This document shows, piece after piece, positions 26,401 through 40,700 of a DNA stretch of 64,000 nucleotides (the first letter of the stretch is position 1; each line of letters begins with the position of its first letter). The notes under the pieces are model-generated. The model searched no databases. It was not told the DNA's origin and worked only from the letters and a program-made list of their open reading frames with translations. The translations under genes and the position numbers were made by a program. This DNA is from Octopus bimaculoides. Taxonomy: Eukaryota. The DNA lies in NCBI RefSeq assembly GCF_001194135.2, contig NC_068983.1:16673340-16737339 (forward strand), in the 5' to 3' direction.

Positions 26401-29400
26401 GGACCCTGCACCTCAAGAGTAAGTTTGAGGGAACAGAAAACTAGTGAATTTAACTGCAAATAAACTAACAGAAGGCAACAGAAGACCACTGCTGTACCTT
26501 TCTCAAGAAGAATCATGAATATTACCATTTTAGTATGTAAGTGGATGATTGACAATACATGTGGGCATAGAACATGAAGAGTGAAAGAAGAACATGAACT
26601 ATTCTCACCAGCCTTTCTTTGAACTATCCACCCTATACACAATACAATGTGTGTACGTTTAATACCCTGGTTAAGAAGTTTTCTTTGAAATCCTATAACT
26701 TAGTTTGATCCCACTGAACACAAGTTTTTTACTTGGGTTGACAGAAATCTTAAGAGTGAAATTCTGTAAGCTCGACATATTGTTGAGTAGAAGCATTTAT
26801 CCATTGCCTAGTTTAACATCACTATCAAGTTTTGGGGATATTTATTGTAGAGTTCTTTACTTAAGCCCTTCACTCTCTGTGAAGCATAGGCCGTTGACAA
26901 CTTTTCTCCAGTTCACAACTCTGAGTTGTCTCCCCTGAGGAAAGGCCTTCCTCTTCGAAGTCTTGTTAATTTTGTTTTGGCATTGATGCTTCTATAACTT
27001 TGCTTTTTTCTAGATAAAGGTGTTGGCCACATGCAGACCTATTTGTTACCTCTGGAAAGAGGTGGTCCACGTTAGTCTGACTTCTGTCCTTTGACCTATC
27101 CAGCATAGGAAGCCTCATTAGGAGCTTGTTTCAAATTTTGGGATCATTGTCTTCGGAGGTCATTGTTCTCAAAGGTCATTGCTCTCAGGAGTCTCTACTT
27201 TCAGGGGTCATTGAGGCACAGAAGCCACCACACTGCAACAAAAACTGGACCTTGTGATGGATTGCAGAGTCCACTCTGTATCTAACACTCAGATCAGGTC
27301 CCTAATCTGAGGTCAAGGACAGATAACTCAATATCTCAAAACATGACTGCCTATTGTAGTAACCCGTTAGTCTTGGTTCAATTTCTCTTTGTTCTCACTA
27401 TTCTCAAGGGCCTTGTAAACAGGGTACTGCACCACCATTTCTTATAAAACCATAAAAACATCATAAACAAAGTAATAAAAAAACAAGTTTGAGTATATTT
27501 TCAAATATGATTATGATCAAAATATTCCTGCAGCTAGAATTTAATTGATTTCATTGAAGTTGTCTTTGATTATGTTCTCTTTCTACATATACAGTGAGTT
27601 TACGTTATGGATACGGACTGATGGATGCTGTTGCTATGGTAAATTATGCTAAAGTATGGGTGAAACTTCCAGAGAAACGCATATGTGAAGTAGTTTCAAA
27701 AGAATTCCGTGTGTAAGTAAAAACGTTGTTGTTGTGCTACCACTGTTGTTGTTGTTGTTGTTTTACTTCTTAGCGCTCTCGGTCCTGTTTGCTCTGGTTG
27801 ATTCTGTGAGAGTGGGCAGCAGCCTGTTGTCAGAAGTCCCACAGGGTCTCTTTCTGCACATTATAAGCTTTGATACTTGGTTGTTAATTTTTGTGGAAGA
27901 CATTCAACATCCAAGTACCATTCTCAAAATCCTAGCTGTCCCCCAACAAAGCAGTTTTGGGACTTGTTCTGCTCTCATGTCAATTCCAATTTTTCTGACG
28001 TATTTATCAAACTTGGTTGTTAGTGATGAACAGGCAGACATGTTAGCACATTAGAAAAAATGCTTAGCAGCATTTTGTCTCTCTTTATGTATCTGATACC
28101 TCTTATACCCAGTTTTCCTCTTAAATCATTTACTCTGTTATGTGTGCACACTGACATTACCTATCTAGTGGTACATACTAGCTTCTTTTCTTTTAAGCCT
28201 TCACAAGTCTTCTATAGTCAAAGCCCATGTTTCACTGCCATGTAGCTTAGCTGTACATACACAGGCACAACACAATCTGCCTTTCACTTTGAGGAAGAAG
28301 CCCTTTGTTACAAACAAAGGTAGTAGCTCTCTGAACTTTGACCAGCCCGTTCTTATTCTAGCTACTACACTTTCAGAACTTCCTCCTCCACTACTAACTT
28401 GGTTGCCTAGGTAATAGGAGCTATTTATTACTTCAAATGATCTCCCCCAAGTATTCCAAGGAGTCTATTGTCGGTGCATTTTTAGTGCTTATTGTGGCAC
28501 ATTTGCCTCACACAGAGACTATTTTCTCCGTTAACCTTCCTGTGATACCTCTTATGTGTCCAAAGCTTGCACTGGATACAATGTATTGGAATTTCTACCT
28601 ACACCCTTCTTACATATTGAGCAGGGCCATTTCCCTGAAAGGATTAGTGATTTGTCTACTTACTAGGACTTTGGTTTTTGTCAAGTGGTGGTGGTGGTGG
28701 TAACAACTACAGACAATAATATAAACACAGCTATAAACATACATACATACATACATGCACATATGCAAACACACACACACACACAACAAGCTTCCATACA
28801 GTTTCCTTTTACCAAATCCACTCACAAGGCATTATTTGGCTTGGAGCTATAGTAGAAGACACTTGTCCAAGGTGCCATGCAGTGGAACTGAACCTGAAAC
28901 CACATAGCTGCAAGGCAAACTTCTTAACCACACTTTCTTACACAATTTCTACACACTTCTTGATACAACAGTGTGAGCTTCTCTAATGACTTGCTTTCGC
29001 TATGTCATAATGTCATCATAAGCCAGTTCCACCTTTTTGATTACATGGGCCATTCTTCATCATCATCATCATCATCGTATATTCATTTTTCCATGCTTGC
29101 ATGGTTAAGATAGAATTTGTTGATGCAGATTTTCAATGGCGAAATACCCTTTCTGGTTGCAAGACCACACTTATTTCCAGGCAGAGTAATATTTTCCTGT
29201 ACCTAGACCCTTTAGAATTTAAACTAGCTTATACCCAAACCAAATATTCTACCCACTTTATGTTCAAACCAGCTGGATCCACCTTCCCACCTACCCTACA
29301 ACATCATTCTAAAAGTAAACAATTACACCAACAAAATTCCAAAGCTACGAGATAATGCAGGATTAATTCAAAACAATTTGGATTATTAAGCATTACACTT

Positions 29401-32400
29401 GACAGAATAATCTGAAGGTTAAAAGGCTAGACTTGGTTTCCACTGGATATTTTTTGTTTAGATTAACATCAAAATTATTGGTTAGAATAGACAGAAAGGG
29501 ATTAACAAGATTCGCTTACAGTAACATAGTTTACTAGCATTAGCATAGTTTATTTAAATAATGCTGTTTTGAGTTGGTATTTCATATGAACAAGTTGGCA
29601 CATGTCATTTGTAAAACTACTGTAGCTGAGTAAATGCTATACTTCAAGGCCTATGATGATGAAAATGACTGATCATCATCATCATCATCATGGTAGTAGT
29701 AAAAATGTGATGACATAGCAAGAAATCCTAGTTTAATCCCAGTTCCTTATTATAGAAATGCATCACTGTGTCTTTTATAAATTCTCTATTGTAAGGTGAA
29801 TAGAGAAAGGCACAGGTATTTAGAAATACTTAGGTGGTTGTTAAAGTAAAAAATAATGACCAAATCTGTCTCAGAACTCTGTCAATCTTAAAAGAAAAAG
29901 AAGATATTGGATAGGGTAGTCTTAGAGAGCCATGTTTAGACATGGTTAAGTGCTTTTGTTGGTAAGTTGGTTTGATCTGGGGTTCAGCAACAAAAATAAA
30001 TTTGAAAATTTATAAATTGCAAACTGATTTAACCCTTTAGCATTACATCAGCCATATCTGTGTTATGTTCAAACTGTCTAGATCTGGCCTCTCATACCTA
30101 CCTGACAAAGCCATTCTAAAAATTCTAAACAATGTGAATAAATAAGCATTTATTATATTTGACAGATTTATATGAATGAAAAAGGGTTAATATGTATTTG
30201 AAGAGCATCAAGATACTCAGAAATTTGTATGGGGTTGGGTAGAGGAGTACATTATTGATCTAGCATCTAATGTGGTTTTTTTGTAAGACAATAGTTTATG
30301 ACTTGAGGAAGATTTGGCTGCTTGTTATAGCAGGCCAAGTGACCTCTTAAAGGCTCCCATTTGTAAAAGTTGATGCTGCAACTATTTTTATAAAATATAA
30401 TAAGTAAAATGCAAAATATCATTACATGCCTAAATATGTTTCAGCTGCTGCAGCAGTTGTTGTTGTTTTTAAAATTATTCGAAATATTCATGTCTGCAGT
30501 TGACTCACAGGACTTGTAAACATATGAGTAGCCATATTACTATGAATTTGAGCACAAGGGGCCTCCATAACAAAATTAAGCAATGGCTGTCACTTGTAAG
30601 CAAGCAAAAGCTAATAGCATGTACTATGATTTCACTAAATGTTTTAGGTACCTATTTAATTACAAACAGACTTAGAAACCCACTCAGCCCTTCCAACCTT
30701 GACTTAGCAGAACATTGAGGATGTGACACCTGGAGGGAAAACTAGCTGCACCAATATGTAATTAGTATGTATTTTCAGCTGAGTAGACTAGAGTAACATG
30801 AAATGAAGTGCTATGTTGAAGGACACAATACACTACTTGGTCCAGAAATTAGACCCATATCTTTATAATTATGAATTCAACATTCCTAATGACAAAATAC
30901 CTATAATCATGAATCCAGCAGTTCTAATGATAAAATGCAAGTCAGACCACTTAAATCTAGCACTAGTTCGTCTGATAACTCTTTTGGCCCAGCACATTGT
31001 GAGCCTGCTGGCATTGGTTTCTTGATCTACCTCTATGATATTCATAGTTTTAGACTTTATATTACGCAAAACAATAAAAAGTACCTCGTTCGGAATCAAT
31101 ATCGGTTCTGTATGTTTGCGTATTTGTACATATACACACATGAGAGTTTCTACTGAATGTAATGCAAAAATGGACATATCTTAATATTATCTGACATAGG
31201 TAGTTCACATTGCACATATTGGTTGAGAAACTCTTCTATAGTGACTTTTCTTTCTGTTCTTCTTTATTGCAATCAAATAATCAAATATGAGCAGCAGTAA
31301 CATGCAATCATTGTATTCTTGATGAAGGAGGCATGCAGACTATCCAATATCCACTGAAAGCTACAGGTATTATATGGAGAAGATACCACTGACAAAAATA
31401 ATGTGAAGAAATTTAAAGAAGAGAAAACAGCATTGAAAACAAACCATGAATGGAAGATCATTTAGCATTTGTTTTCCATGCTGGCATTGATTTGATGGTA
31501 AGCTGGAGAGCTGCACCAAGCTCCAATCTGTTTTGGTTTTATTTCTACAGCTGGATGCCCTTCCTAATGCCAACCACTCCGCTGAGTGTACTGTGTACCT
31601 TTTACGTGTCACTGGCATGGGTACCTCACACGTTACCAGCGCTGGCTACAACTAAGATTTCATTAAGTTTGACGTGTCTTCTCAAGCACAGCAAATCACC
31701 AAAAGTCTTGGTCACTTGCTATTGCTTCTGTGAGATTCAGCATCCGAAGATTTGATCACTGATGCTATTCACCAACAAGTTGATGGATTGATTCACAGAG
31801 ACAGAAAAGTCACAATTGTAAAATCGCTGCACAACTGGATGGTAGAAAAACTTTGGCAATCAGGAAGTGTGTGCAAAGTGGCACCACAGTAGTTGACACT
31901 CAATTTGAAGGAGAGAAGTGTGGCAGTCTACTCTGATTTAATGGAAGTACTTGAAGCCAAAGTAGACAATTTTTACTCCAATCAGGTGGCAGGAAATGTA
32001 ATGTAGACATACCTTCATGGTCTAGAAATAAAAGCTCAGTCTATGGAATGGTGTCACACCTCTTCTCTGAAGGCTAAGAAGTTCAAAAGCTTGTGGTTGT
32101 TTTAGAACGTCATGGTGACTGTTTTTGAGATGACGAAGGTGTCATTTTCCTTGATTTTCTGGAACATGGCTGTACTGTGAATAATGAGTGGTAAATTGGG
32201 AAGCTACAAACTGAGAGAAGCTATTTGGAGGAAATTACCAAGCAAAAATGTATTCATGAAGGAACATTAGCCTTTTAAATACTTTATAGATTGCAATTCA
32301 AACGTTAAAAGATACTGAAGAGTTCGACTAACTTTGATGTCTTTAAATTCCTTGAGGATTGATCTTGTCCTTTGTCTACAAGTGAAGAACGAAGATAAAA

Positions 32401-35400
32401 TTGTGTTGTCACTTGACTGGCAAACTGTAGTCAAATGAATATAAATAGTAGACAAATGTGGACACAATATTCATGTTATTTTAATAAAATAGCGTAAATA
32501 CTGTGACCAATAACTAAGCAATTTAATTTTTTGTGTCTGTATATACTTGAAACAAAAAAAAAATCGTATTAAGATTAAAAATATTATATAAGGGAAACTA
32601 CTCTGACATATATGGGAGATATCTCCCTTAGATATATGAGCCAGTTATATTTTCTTGTTTTTGGTTCGTTGGTGTATGAGGAATGAATTTTGTTCTGTAA
32701 ATTCGTGGATTTTAACCACTAATTTCTTTAAATATTGGGTACAAACAAATTTTTGTGAAACAGTGTTTGAAAGAAAATACCTAGAGAAACCGTTCGCACG
32801 CAAAATAAGTGGAGATAATGTAGTAAAGTAGATAAATCAAATATTAATTACGGGGTGAAAAAGAGAACATTAATTCAATTGCTAATATTATTTTAGCCTG
32901 ATTTTGGCAAGTACAGGAGACAACTCTAGACACGCTTCGCTCTACTTACATCTCCTCAGCAAAGCGTAGCTTTCCCAGATCTAGTAGAGAGAGAATCACA
33001 ACAGTCTATTTACAGTAATATCTCAGGGTTATTCTCCCCTACTGCCTTATACGATGTACATTATTTTACAGCACTAGAAAGGTTACCTTCTTCTTAGCAA
33101 GAAAAGACTAAAAGGACTTCTCAACCATGTTTTCTCTTGCCTTGCTTACTAATCACTCTAGAGCTGGGATTCTCAACCATTTTTTTATTTTATTTATGAA
33201 CCCCTTTGATTACTATTTTATTCTTATTTTAATTTTCACTTATTAACTTGTGTAGATTGAACTATGTAAAATGGTAGAGAAAGAAACCTGGCTGTTTCTT
33301 GCAGCACATAGCAATACATACATCGAAAGCAAAAATTTTTCAGGGGCCCTTAAAATACTATTGTGGATCCCCAACTTACTATTTTGTAACATGGACCCCC
33401 AAAAATCTTATATGGACCTCAGTTGAGAACCATTGCTCTTGAGGATGTATTGCATGGCATTTGCCATTGAGGTGCATAGAAAGAGATGCTTTGTGCACTA
33501 TGAGTGTAAAGGGTGTTCAGTACATTACTTTCACTCAGGTAATGTGATCAAGATGGAGAACAGATGAAAGAAGAGTATCAGAAAGCCTGGAATGTGTGGA
33601 TGGGTGAAAGGAGCAAGCGTATACAGTTAATTCAAATTTTTTTGCTGCAAATTAATTAAAATGAATAACACTATTTCTTCTCTTTTCTTAATTTCATTTT
33701 AACCAACAAAGGCCCTTAACAAATTCTGTTGTCCGTAAAAGTTACCTGAATGTAGATGGTTGTCAGGGCACAAAAAATGCAGTTCAGTATTTGGAACATG
33801 TACAGGCACAGATAAGTTTAACATATTCTCGACGGGGTGACCTTAAAATCATGTTGACATCACCAAATGGCACACGCTCCGTATTGCTTCCACCTCGGCC
33901 AAATGATCTTGTGGCAACAACGTTTGAAAATTGGCCTTTCCTCACAGTCCACTTCTGGGGAGAATATGCCATTGGTGTGTGGCTGTTGGAAATAGAAGAT
34001 GTTTCAAATCACCACTCCAGTACAGGTAATTCTATTTCTTTTATCTTTTATTTGTTTCAGTAATTGGACTGTGGCTATTCTGGAGTACCACCGTAAGTGG
34101 TTTAGTCAGACAAATCAACTCCAGTACTTATTTTTTTGTTAAAGTCTGGTACTTGTATTGTCTTCTTTTGCAGAACTACTAAGTCACAAGGATGTAAACA
34201 AACCTATATCAATTGTTGGAGACAGACACAAAGACATGCACACAAACACACACAGACATAAACACGCATACACACACACACACACATATATATACAACGG
34301 GCTCCTTTCAGTTTCTAAATCCACTCACAAGGCTTTACTCATCCTGGGGCTTTAGTAGAAGATACTTGCTGAAGGTGGCAAGCAGTAGAATTGTTAGCAC
34401 ACTGGGCAAAATGCTTAGTGGCAATTTGGTCATCTTCACATTCTGAGTTCAAATCCCGCTGAGGTTGATTTTACCTTTCATCCTTCCGGGATCAATAAAT
34501 TAAGTACCAATAAAACATTGGGGTCAATGTATTCAACTAGTCTCCTCCCCCAAAATTTCAGGCCTTATGCCTTTAGTAGAAAGGATTATTATTATTATTA
34601 TTATTAAGGAGGCAAGCTAGCAGAATTATTAGTATGCCAGGTGAAATGCTTGGCAGTATTTCATCCATCTTCACATTCTGAGTTCAAATTCCGCTTAGGT
34701 CAACTTTGCCTTTCATCCTTTTGGGGTTGATAAAATAAGTACCAGCTGAGTACTGAGGTTGATGTGATCGACTTACCCCATCCCCACAAATTTCAGGCCT
34801 TGTGCCTGTAGTAGAAAGGATTATTATTATTAGGGCAGAAGAACTCATGAATAGTTAATGGCCATTCAACAGTGTGTACATATATGTGGGATGTTTTCTC
34901 TGTGTGTGTATGATTATATATATAATATATATATATATTGTATATTTTTAAGCTTCTTTCTATATTTATATTTTTACATTCTTTTTTTAATATTTACATA
35001 TGTTATTTCTTTTATAACTTTTTCTGGGTTTTTTTCTTTCTTTTTTTTTTTTTGTCTTTTTTGCTAAATGAATAAACCCCTACAGAAAATACGGAATACG
35101 GATGGGGGACCCTCGAAGGCAGCTGGTGGAGAGGACTGAGCCAAACCATCTTCTGGCAGCCCCTCCAACCTTGCTGATTTCCAAACAAACTTCATGTTTG
35201 TCTGGCAGGGTTTGGGACCTGAGGATCATCAACTGTATGGAGTGGGGCTTGCAGTCAACAAGATCGGCACACCACAAGGAGTATCTGAGCACATTATCAC
35301 TGTCAACTAAATCAGGCACCATCCATCTCATCAGCACCTATGTTCCAACACTGGCAGCTGAGAATGTAAACAAGGACAAGTTCTACAAAGACCTGCAAAA

Positions 35401-37360
35401 AGTGCTTGATCAAATGCCTGGAAAAAAAAAATGAAGTTTTCATCCTCGACAACTTCAATGCAAGAGATGGGTCGTGTCAGCAGATGTGGTCAATTTGTCT
35501 TGGCCATTTTGGAATTGGGAAGATCAACAAAAACAGAGATTATTAGAATTCTACTCCAATAATTGCCTCTGTATCACAAGCACCTTCTACAATGGCAAGA
35601 ACTAAAAGTGAACAAAGACACCATCCTCCCTCATATGTACAAGCTCTTGATTCTCTGTTGACATGAAAGATGCCAACGTAGTGACCCTATGTAAGAATAA
35701 GAGACAAGAGAGATTGCAACAACTGCAGAGGCATTTTATTGCTGTGTATTACGGGAAAAGCATTTGCCTGAATACTGTTAAAGCACCTGCAGAAGTTAGC
35801 AGAGAGAGTTCTTCCAGAAAGTCAGAGTGGCTTCAGATCAAGATGATATTTTCTCTTTGATAGCTCCAAGAAAATTGTTGCAAACATAGTCAACCCCTAC
35901 ATGTTTCAGTTGTAGACCTAACTAAGGCATTTGATACAGTTAGTAGATCAGGATTGTGAATAGTTCTTCAAAAGATTGGATGTCCAACTCTTTTCCAACT
36001 GATGTCCTTCCATGAAGGTAGGAAAGCCAGGGTTCAGTTTGATGGTTCCACATCAGACAGCTTTGAGATCAGAATCAGGCTTAAACAGGGTTGTGTTCTG
36101 GTACTGACCCTTTTCAACATCTTCTTTGCCATGTTGTTGTAGTTTGCCTTCAAAGAATCTCTTGGAAATGTCTGCCTTCACTGGAGAACTGGTAGGTCTC
36201 TTTTCAATCTTGCATGCTTCAGAGCAAAAACCAAAACCAAGTCGACCTTGATTAGAGATTTCCTCTTTGCAGATGATGCAGCACTGGTTGCTCACAGTGA
36301 GTCAACTCTACAGACAATGATGGGGTACCTTTCACAAGCCTGCAAAGCATTTTCTCTTGTAACCAACATCAAGAAGACTGTGATTCTGACACAAAATGGC
36401 ACAACTGAAGACAACATCATACTGGACAACAAGACTTTGGGGTTGTAAAGAAATTCTGTTAATTTGGATCCACAATAACTTTGACAACCTTCCTAGACAA
36501 CTAAATTGGTGTCAGGTTAGGAAATGCTGCTACATCCTTTGGTAGACTCAGCAAAAGAGCATGGAACACTGTGAAAACCAAAATAAGTATCTATGGAGCA
36601 TGCATACTGAGCACCCTCCTCTATGGATCAGAGACCTGAACACTATACAGAGGACAAGAGAAAAAGCTCAATGTCTTTCATTTGAGATGCCTGCACAAGA
36701 TCTTTGGCATCACCTGGCAAGACAAAGTAGCCAACACAGAAGTCTTGAAACCAGCAGCACTTCTGAGCATGACAGCTATTCTGTGCAAAAGAAGACTGAG
36801 ATTATTTGGACATGTGAAACGGATGGATGATGACAGAATTCCCAAATAGCTGTTATATGGCAAGTTGGCTCCAGATAGCAGATCCACAAGATGACCGAAG
36901 CTGAGATTGAAAGACACATGCAAAAGCAGCCTGACCAAGTGCCACATCAAGGCAAAAATTAGGGAAAAGTTAGCTGACAGAACAGCATGAAAAACTTCAG
37001 TGAACAAAGGAGTCAAACAGCTTGAGGAAGGAAACATCTTGGCCCTTGAAGCAGAATGCCAAAGAAAGAAAGACATCAAATTGTAGCCCTACAGCACCTT
37101 CCTTGCTTGCAAATTTTGCAGCAGAACTTGCTCATCAAACATAGGATCACAGCCATGAGAGAAGCTGCTGGAAGAATATGACTACTTAAGACATTCTCCA
37201 CTGCTTAGACCATCTGTATCATTATTATTAAGGGCAGATAAAAAGTACCAGTCATGCACTGGTACTATTATGGGTCAAATACTGTTCTAATTGGGAATTT
37301 ACTCTTTTGTTCAACAATTACTAATTATAAAAAGGTGTTTTCTCTGTGTATATGTATGCA

Positions 37361-37415
<55 letters not shown>

Positions 37416-37682
37416 ATAGATAGATAGATACACACACACACACATACAGGGTAAGCCAAAAGTCATGCACAAAATAAGTTCAATACTCTCCAGAAGTGTC
37501 AAAGACATGCTTCAATTATTCTAAAAGTGAATAAAATAAATAAGATAATGAAGAATACACATGCACTTGTACATGATGAATAATAATAATGATAACAACA
37601 TAATATAAAATTTCAAGTGTTTAGGTGTGTAACTTTTAGCCCATCCTGTGTATATACGTGGGTGTGTATCTGTGTATGTGCT

Positions 37683-37719
<37 letters not shown>

Positions 37720-40700
37720 TTTCTCTTTGGTGCCTTTCTTTGACAAGGTACCCTAGCTGACTGGAAGTTGATTTTGCATGGTACTCAAGAGAATCCTTTA
37801 AAACATAGAACGAAATCAGGATTTGGAGATGGCATTACTGATTCCAATGACCTAGAAGTGTTTACAACCAAGTCTGAAGATCAGATAGATAAAGGAAGCA
37901 ACCTATCTACTAAAAAGGTGAGATACACTTTCATAGAAACTATCTTCCTCTGTCTTCATTGGGTAAAACAATACGAAGGGGTGCTGAAAAGTTCCTGGCT
38001 TTAAGGGTATCACAAAAGGCCTGGTTGGCAGCCCAACCTTCTGAGTTCTTTTAAAGGGCTTAGAAAAACTGAAGGACCACTGCAATAAGTGTGTGAAACT
38101 GAGAGGGGAATATGTTGAATATATTCATAATTAACTGATCCTCCTGTATTTTCTTTTGCCTCACCAAGCCAGGAACTTTTCAGCACCCTCTCATGTATTT
38201 GTGTATGTATGTATGTATGTATGAGGGGGTGCTGAAAAATTCCTGGCTTTAGGGGTATCACAAAAGGCTTGGGTGGAGGCCCAACTTTCTGAGTTCTTTT
38301 ACAGGGCTTAGTAAAACTGAAGGACCACTGCAATAAGTGTATGAATCATAGAGGGAATCATAATTAGCTGATGTTCCTGTGTTTTTTCTAACCCAAAGCC
38401 AGGAACTTTGCAGCACCCCCTCATATCTTCCTTTGTATTCATTGTGTAAAACAGTTAATTACAATGAGATTTCAGTTTAAAGGTATATACTCATCTACTT
38501 TGTGTAAGAAACCTATGGCATTCTTTAGACACCTATTTCTCCTTCTCTTCGTCATCATCATCATCATCATCATGGATTCAAACAAATTTTAGATTTAGCT
38601 GAATGAATATTTGCTGGATAAATATTTAGCTTTAAAATTGAAAGAAATAGTTTCAGCTTAAACTATGACAATCCTCGTGATTGTAATTACATAACTTGTT
38701 GTGAATGTACATGGCTCAGTGGTTAGAGTGTCAGGCACAATTGTGAGGTAGTTGGTTCAAATTCCCGGACTGGGCTGTGTGTTGAGTTCTTGAGCAAGAC
38801 ACTTTATTTTACATTTCTCCTGTTCACTCAGCTGTAGAAATGAGTTGCAACAACACTGGTGCCAAGCTGTATCAGCCTTTGGCTCTCCCTCAGATAACAT
38901 TGGTGATGTGGCGAGGGGAAGCTGGTATGCATGGGCAACTGCTAGTTTTCCATAAAAACAACCTTGCCCACACTTGTGCCTTGGAGGGTAACTTTCATGG
39001 TGCATCCCATGTCATTCGTGACCAAAGGGGGTCTTTCTCCTGTACCTTGTGAAGGTGATTAATACAACTGTCAGTAAGGGTCATTAACAACTGATAGTGA
39101 TGGTAATTACACAATTTGCATTGATGTTTACTACATAACAGGCTGTGATGTTTTTAGATGTAGTTTTGTTTCAGTCATTAGACTGCAGCCCATGCTGGGG
39201 CACTGCTTTGAAGAGCTTTTAGCCAAATGAATCAACCCCAGTCCTTTTTTTTTTAAGCCTGGTTCTTCTATCTCTTTTTACCAAACTTTAGTAAGTTACG
39301 GTGACATAGACAAATCAGCACCAGTTGTCAAGCAGTGGTGGGGAACAAACACAGACGCCATGACACACACACACACACACTCTCACATATATGACAGGCT
39401 TCCTTCAGTTTCTATCCACCAAATCCACTTACTAGACTTTGGTTGGCCTAAAGCTGTAGTAGAAGACACTTGCCCAAGGTGCCATGCTGTGGGATCAAAC
39501 CTGGAACCATGTGGTTGGGAAGCACACCTGTGCCTGTTATAATAATTCTAGTTATAAATTTTTAAAAGAACCAATCGTTTTTTTTTCAATACCCCTCAGC
39601 TTTTCAGAACCTACCTCTGTTTGAACCCAGCATAATATAGTCGACTTGTTCTTTCCATTAAAGATACCAGGTCTTTTCCTAGGAACTGCCACACAAAGCC
39701 TCACATGGAATCATTTCAATGTTAAAACTGACACTGTTTTAATGTGCATTAATTAATTACACTAATGTCTTTCATGATTAATATTATCCTCATCCATGAT
39801 ATCTCACACAAGTTGTGGATAATGTCTTATATAGTGTCTATGCATTATCAGCAACAGCAACAACATTATTTTCATCCACTTTTTTATGCTGGCATAGTTT
39901 GAACGGTTTTTTAACAGTAGCGCTTTAAAGTCAAATGCTCTTTCTGCCATCAACCCTTTTAGTTCCTTAAGTGGCTTGCCCTGATGCAGCATCCCTAGTC
40001 ATAAAACTACAAGGAAAATGTGTTTCTACATACATATATTACTACTGATGCCCTTCCTGTTGTCAACTCTCACCTGTTCCCAAGCAAGGTGATATTTCTC
40101 CATGGCTTGATAGATTTTCATAGAATATTAGAAATAAATGACATTCATGTAATGTCAAGACAAGGAGAGAGTGAGAGACACACACACACACACACACACA
40201 CTCATATATACATAACAAGTTTCTTACAGTTTCTGTCTATCAAATCAATTCACAAGGCTTTGATCAGCCTGTAGCTCAAGGTGCCACACAGTGATACTGA
40301 ATTCAAACACCACATATGGCTAGGAAGCAAACTTGTTAATCAGGTAACCTCAATTGCACCTGATTATTATTCATACCAAAGGATTACATTGTCATTAAAA
40401 ACTTGATAATAGGTATTAGCAGCACTACTTTGCTACAGTAAAGAGAAACAAATATGCTATGACATAGCAGAAAAAAACTATTATATCTAATTTGAAATGA
40501 TGGCATGATATATGCTCTGTCATGTAATCAATAATGTGGTTATTCAGCCAAAGATAGATATGTGGTTTATATTCTGTTTCAAGTTTTGTTTCTCTTTCAT
40601 GTTTTAAGTTTATGCATTTATTATTTTGTATCAAATGACATTAGGAGCATATATATGGTGGCTGTCTGCTAAACTGCAGTGCTTGACCACTTTGTATACC

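Noticed and set aside
32590-33070. GC-richer segment with TG..CA-like ends and a 14-bp palindrome gggagatatctccc (32614-32627)
   Set aside because: Might be a minus-strand LTR remnant, but boundaries, TSD and PBS could not be established.
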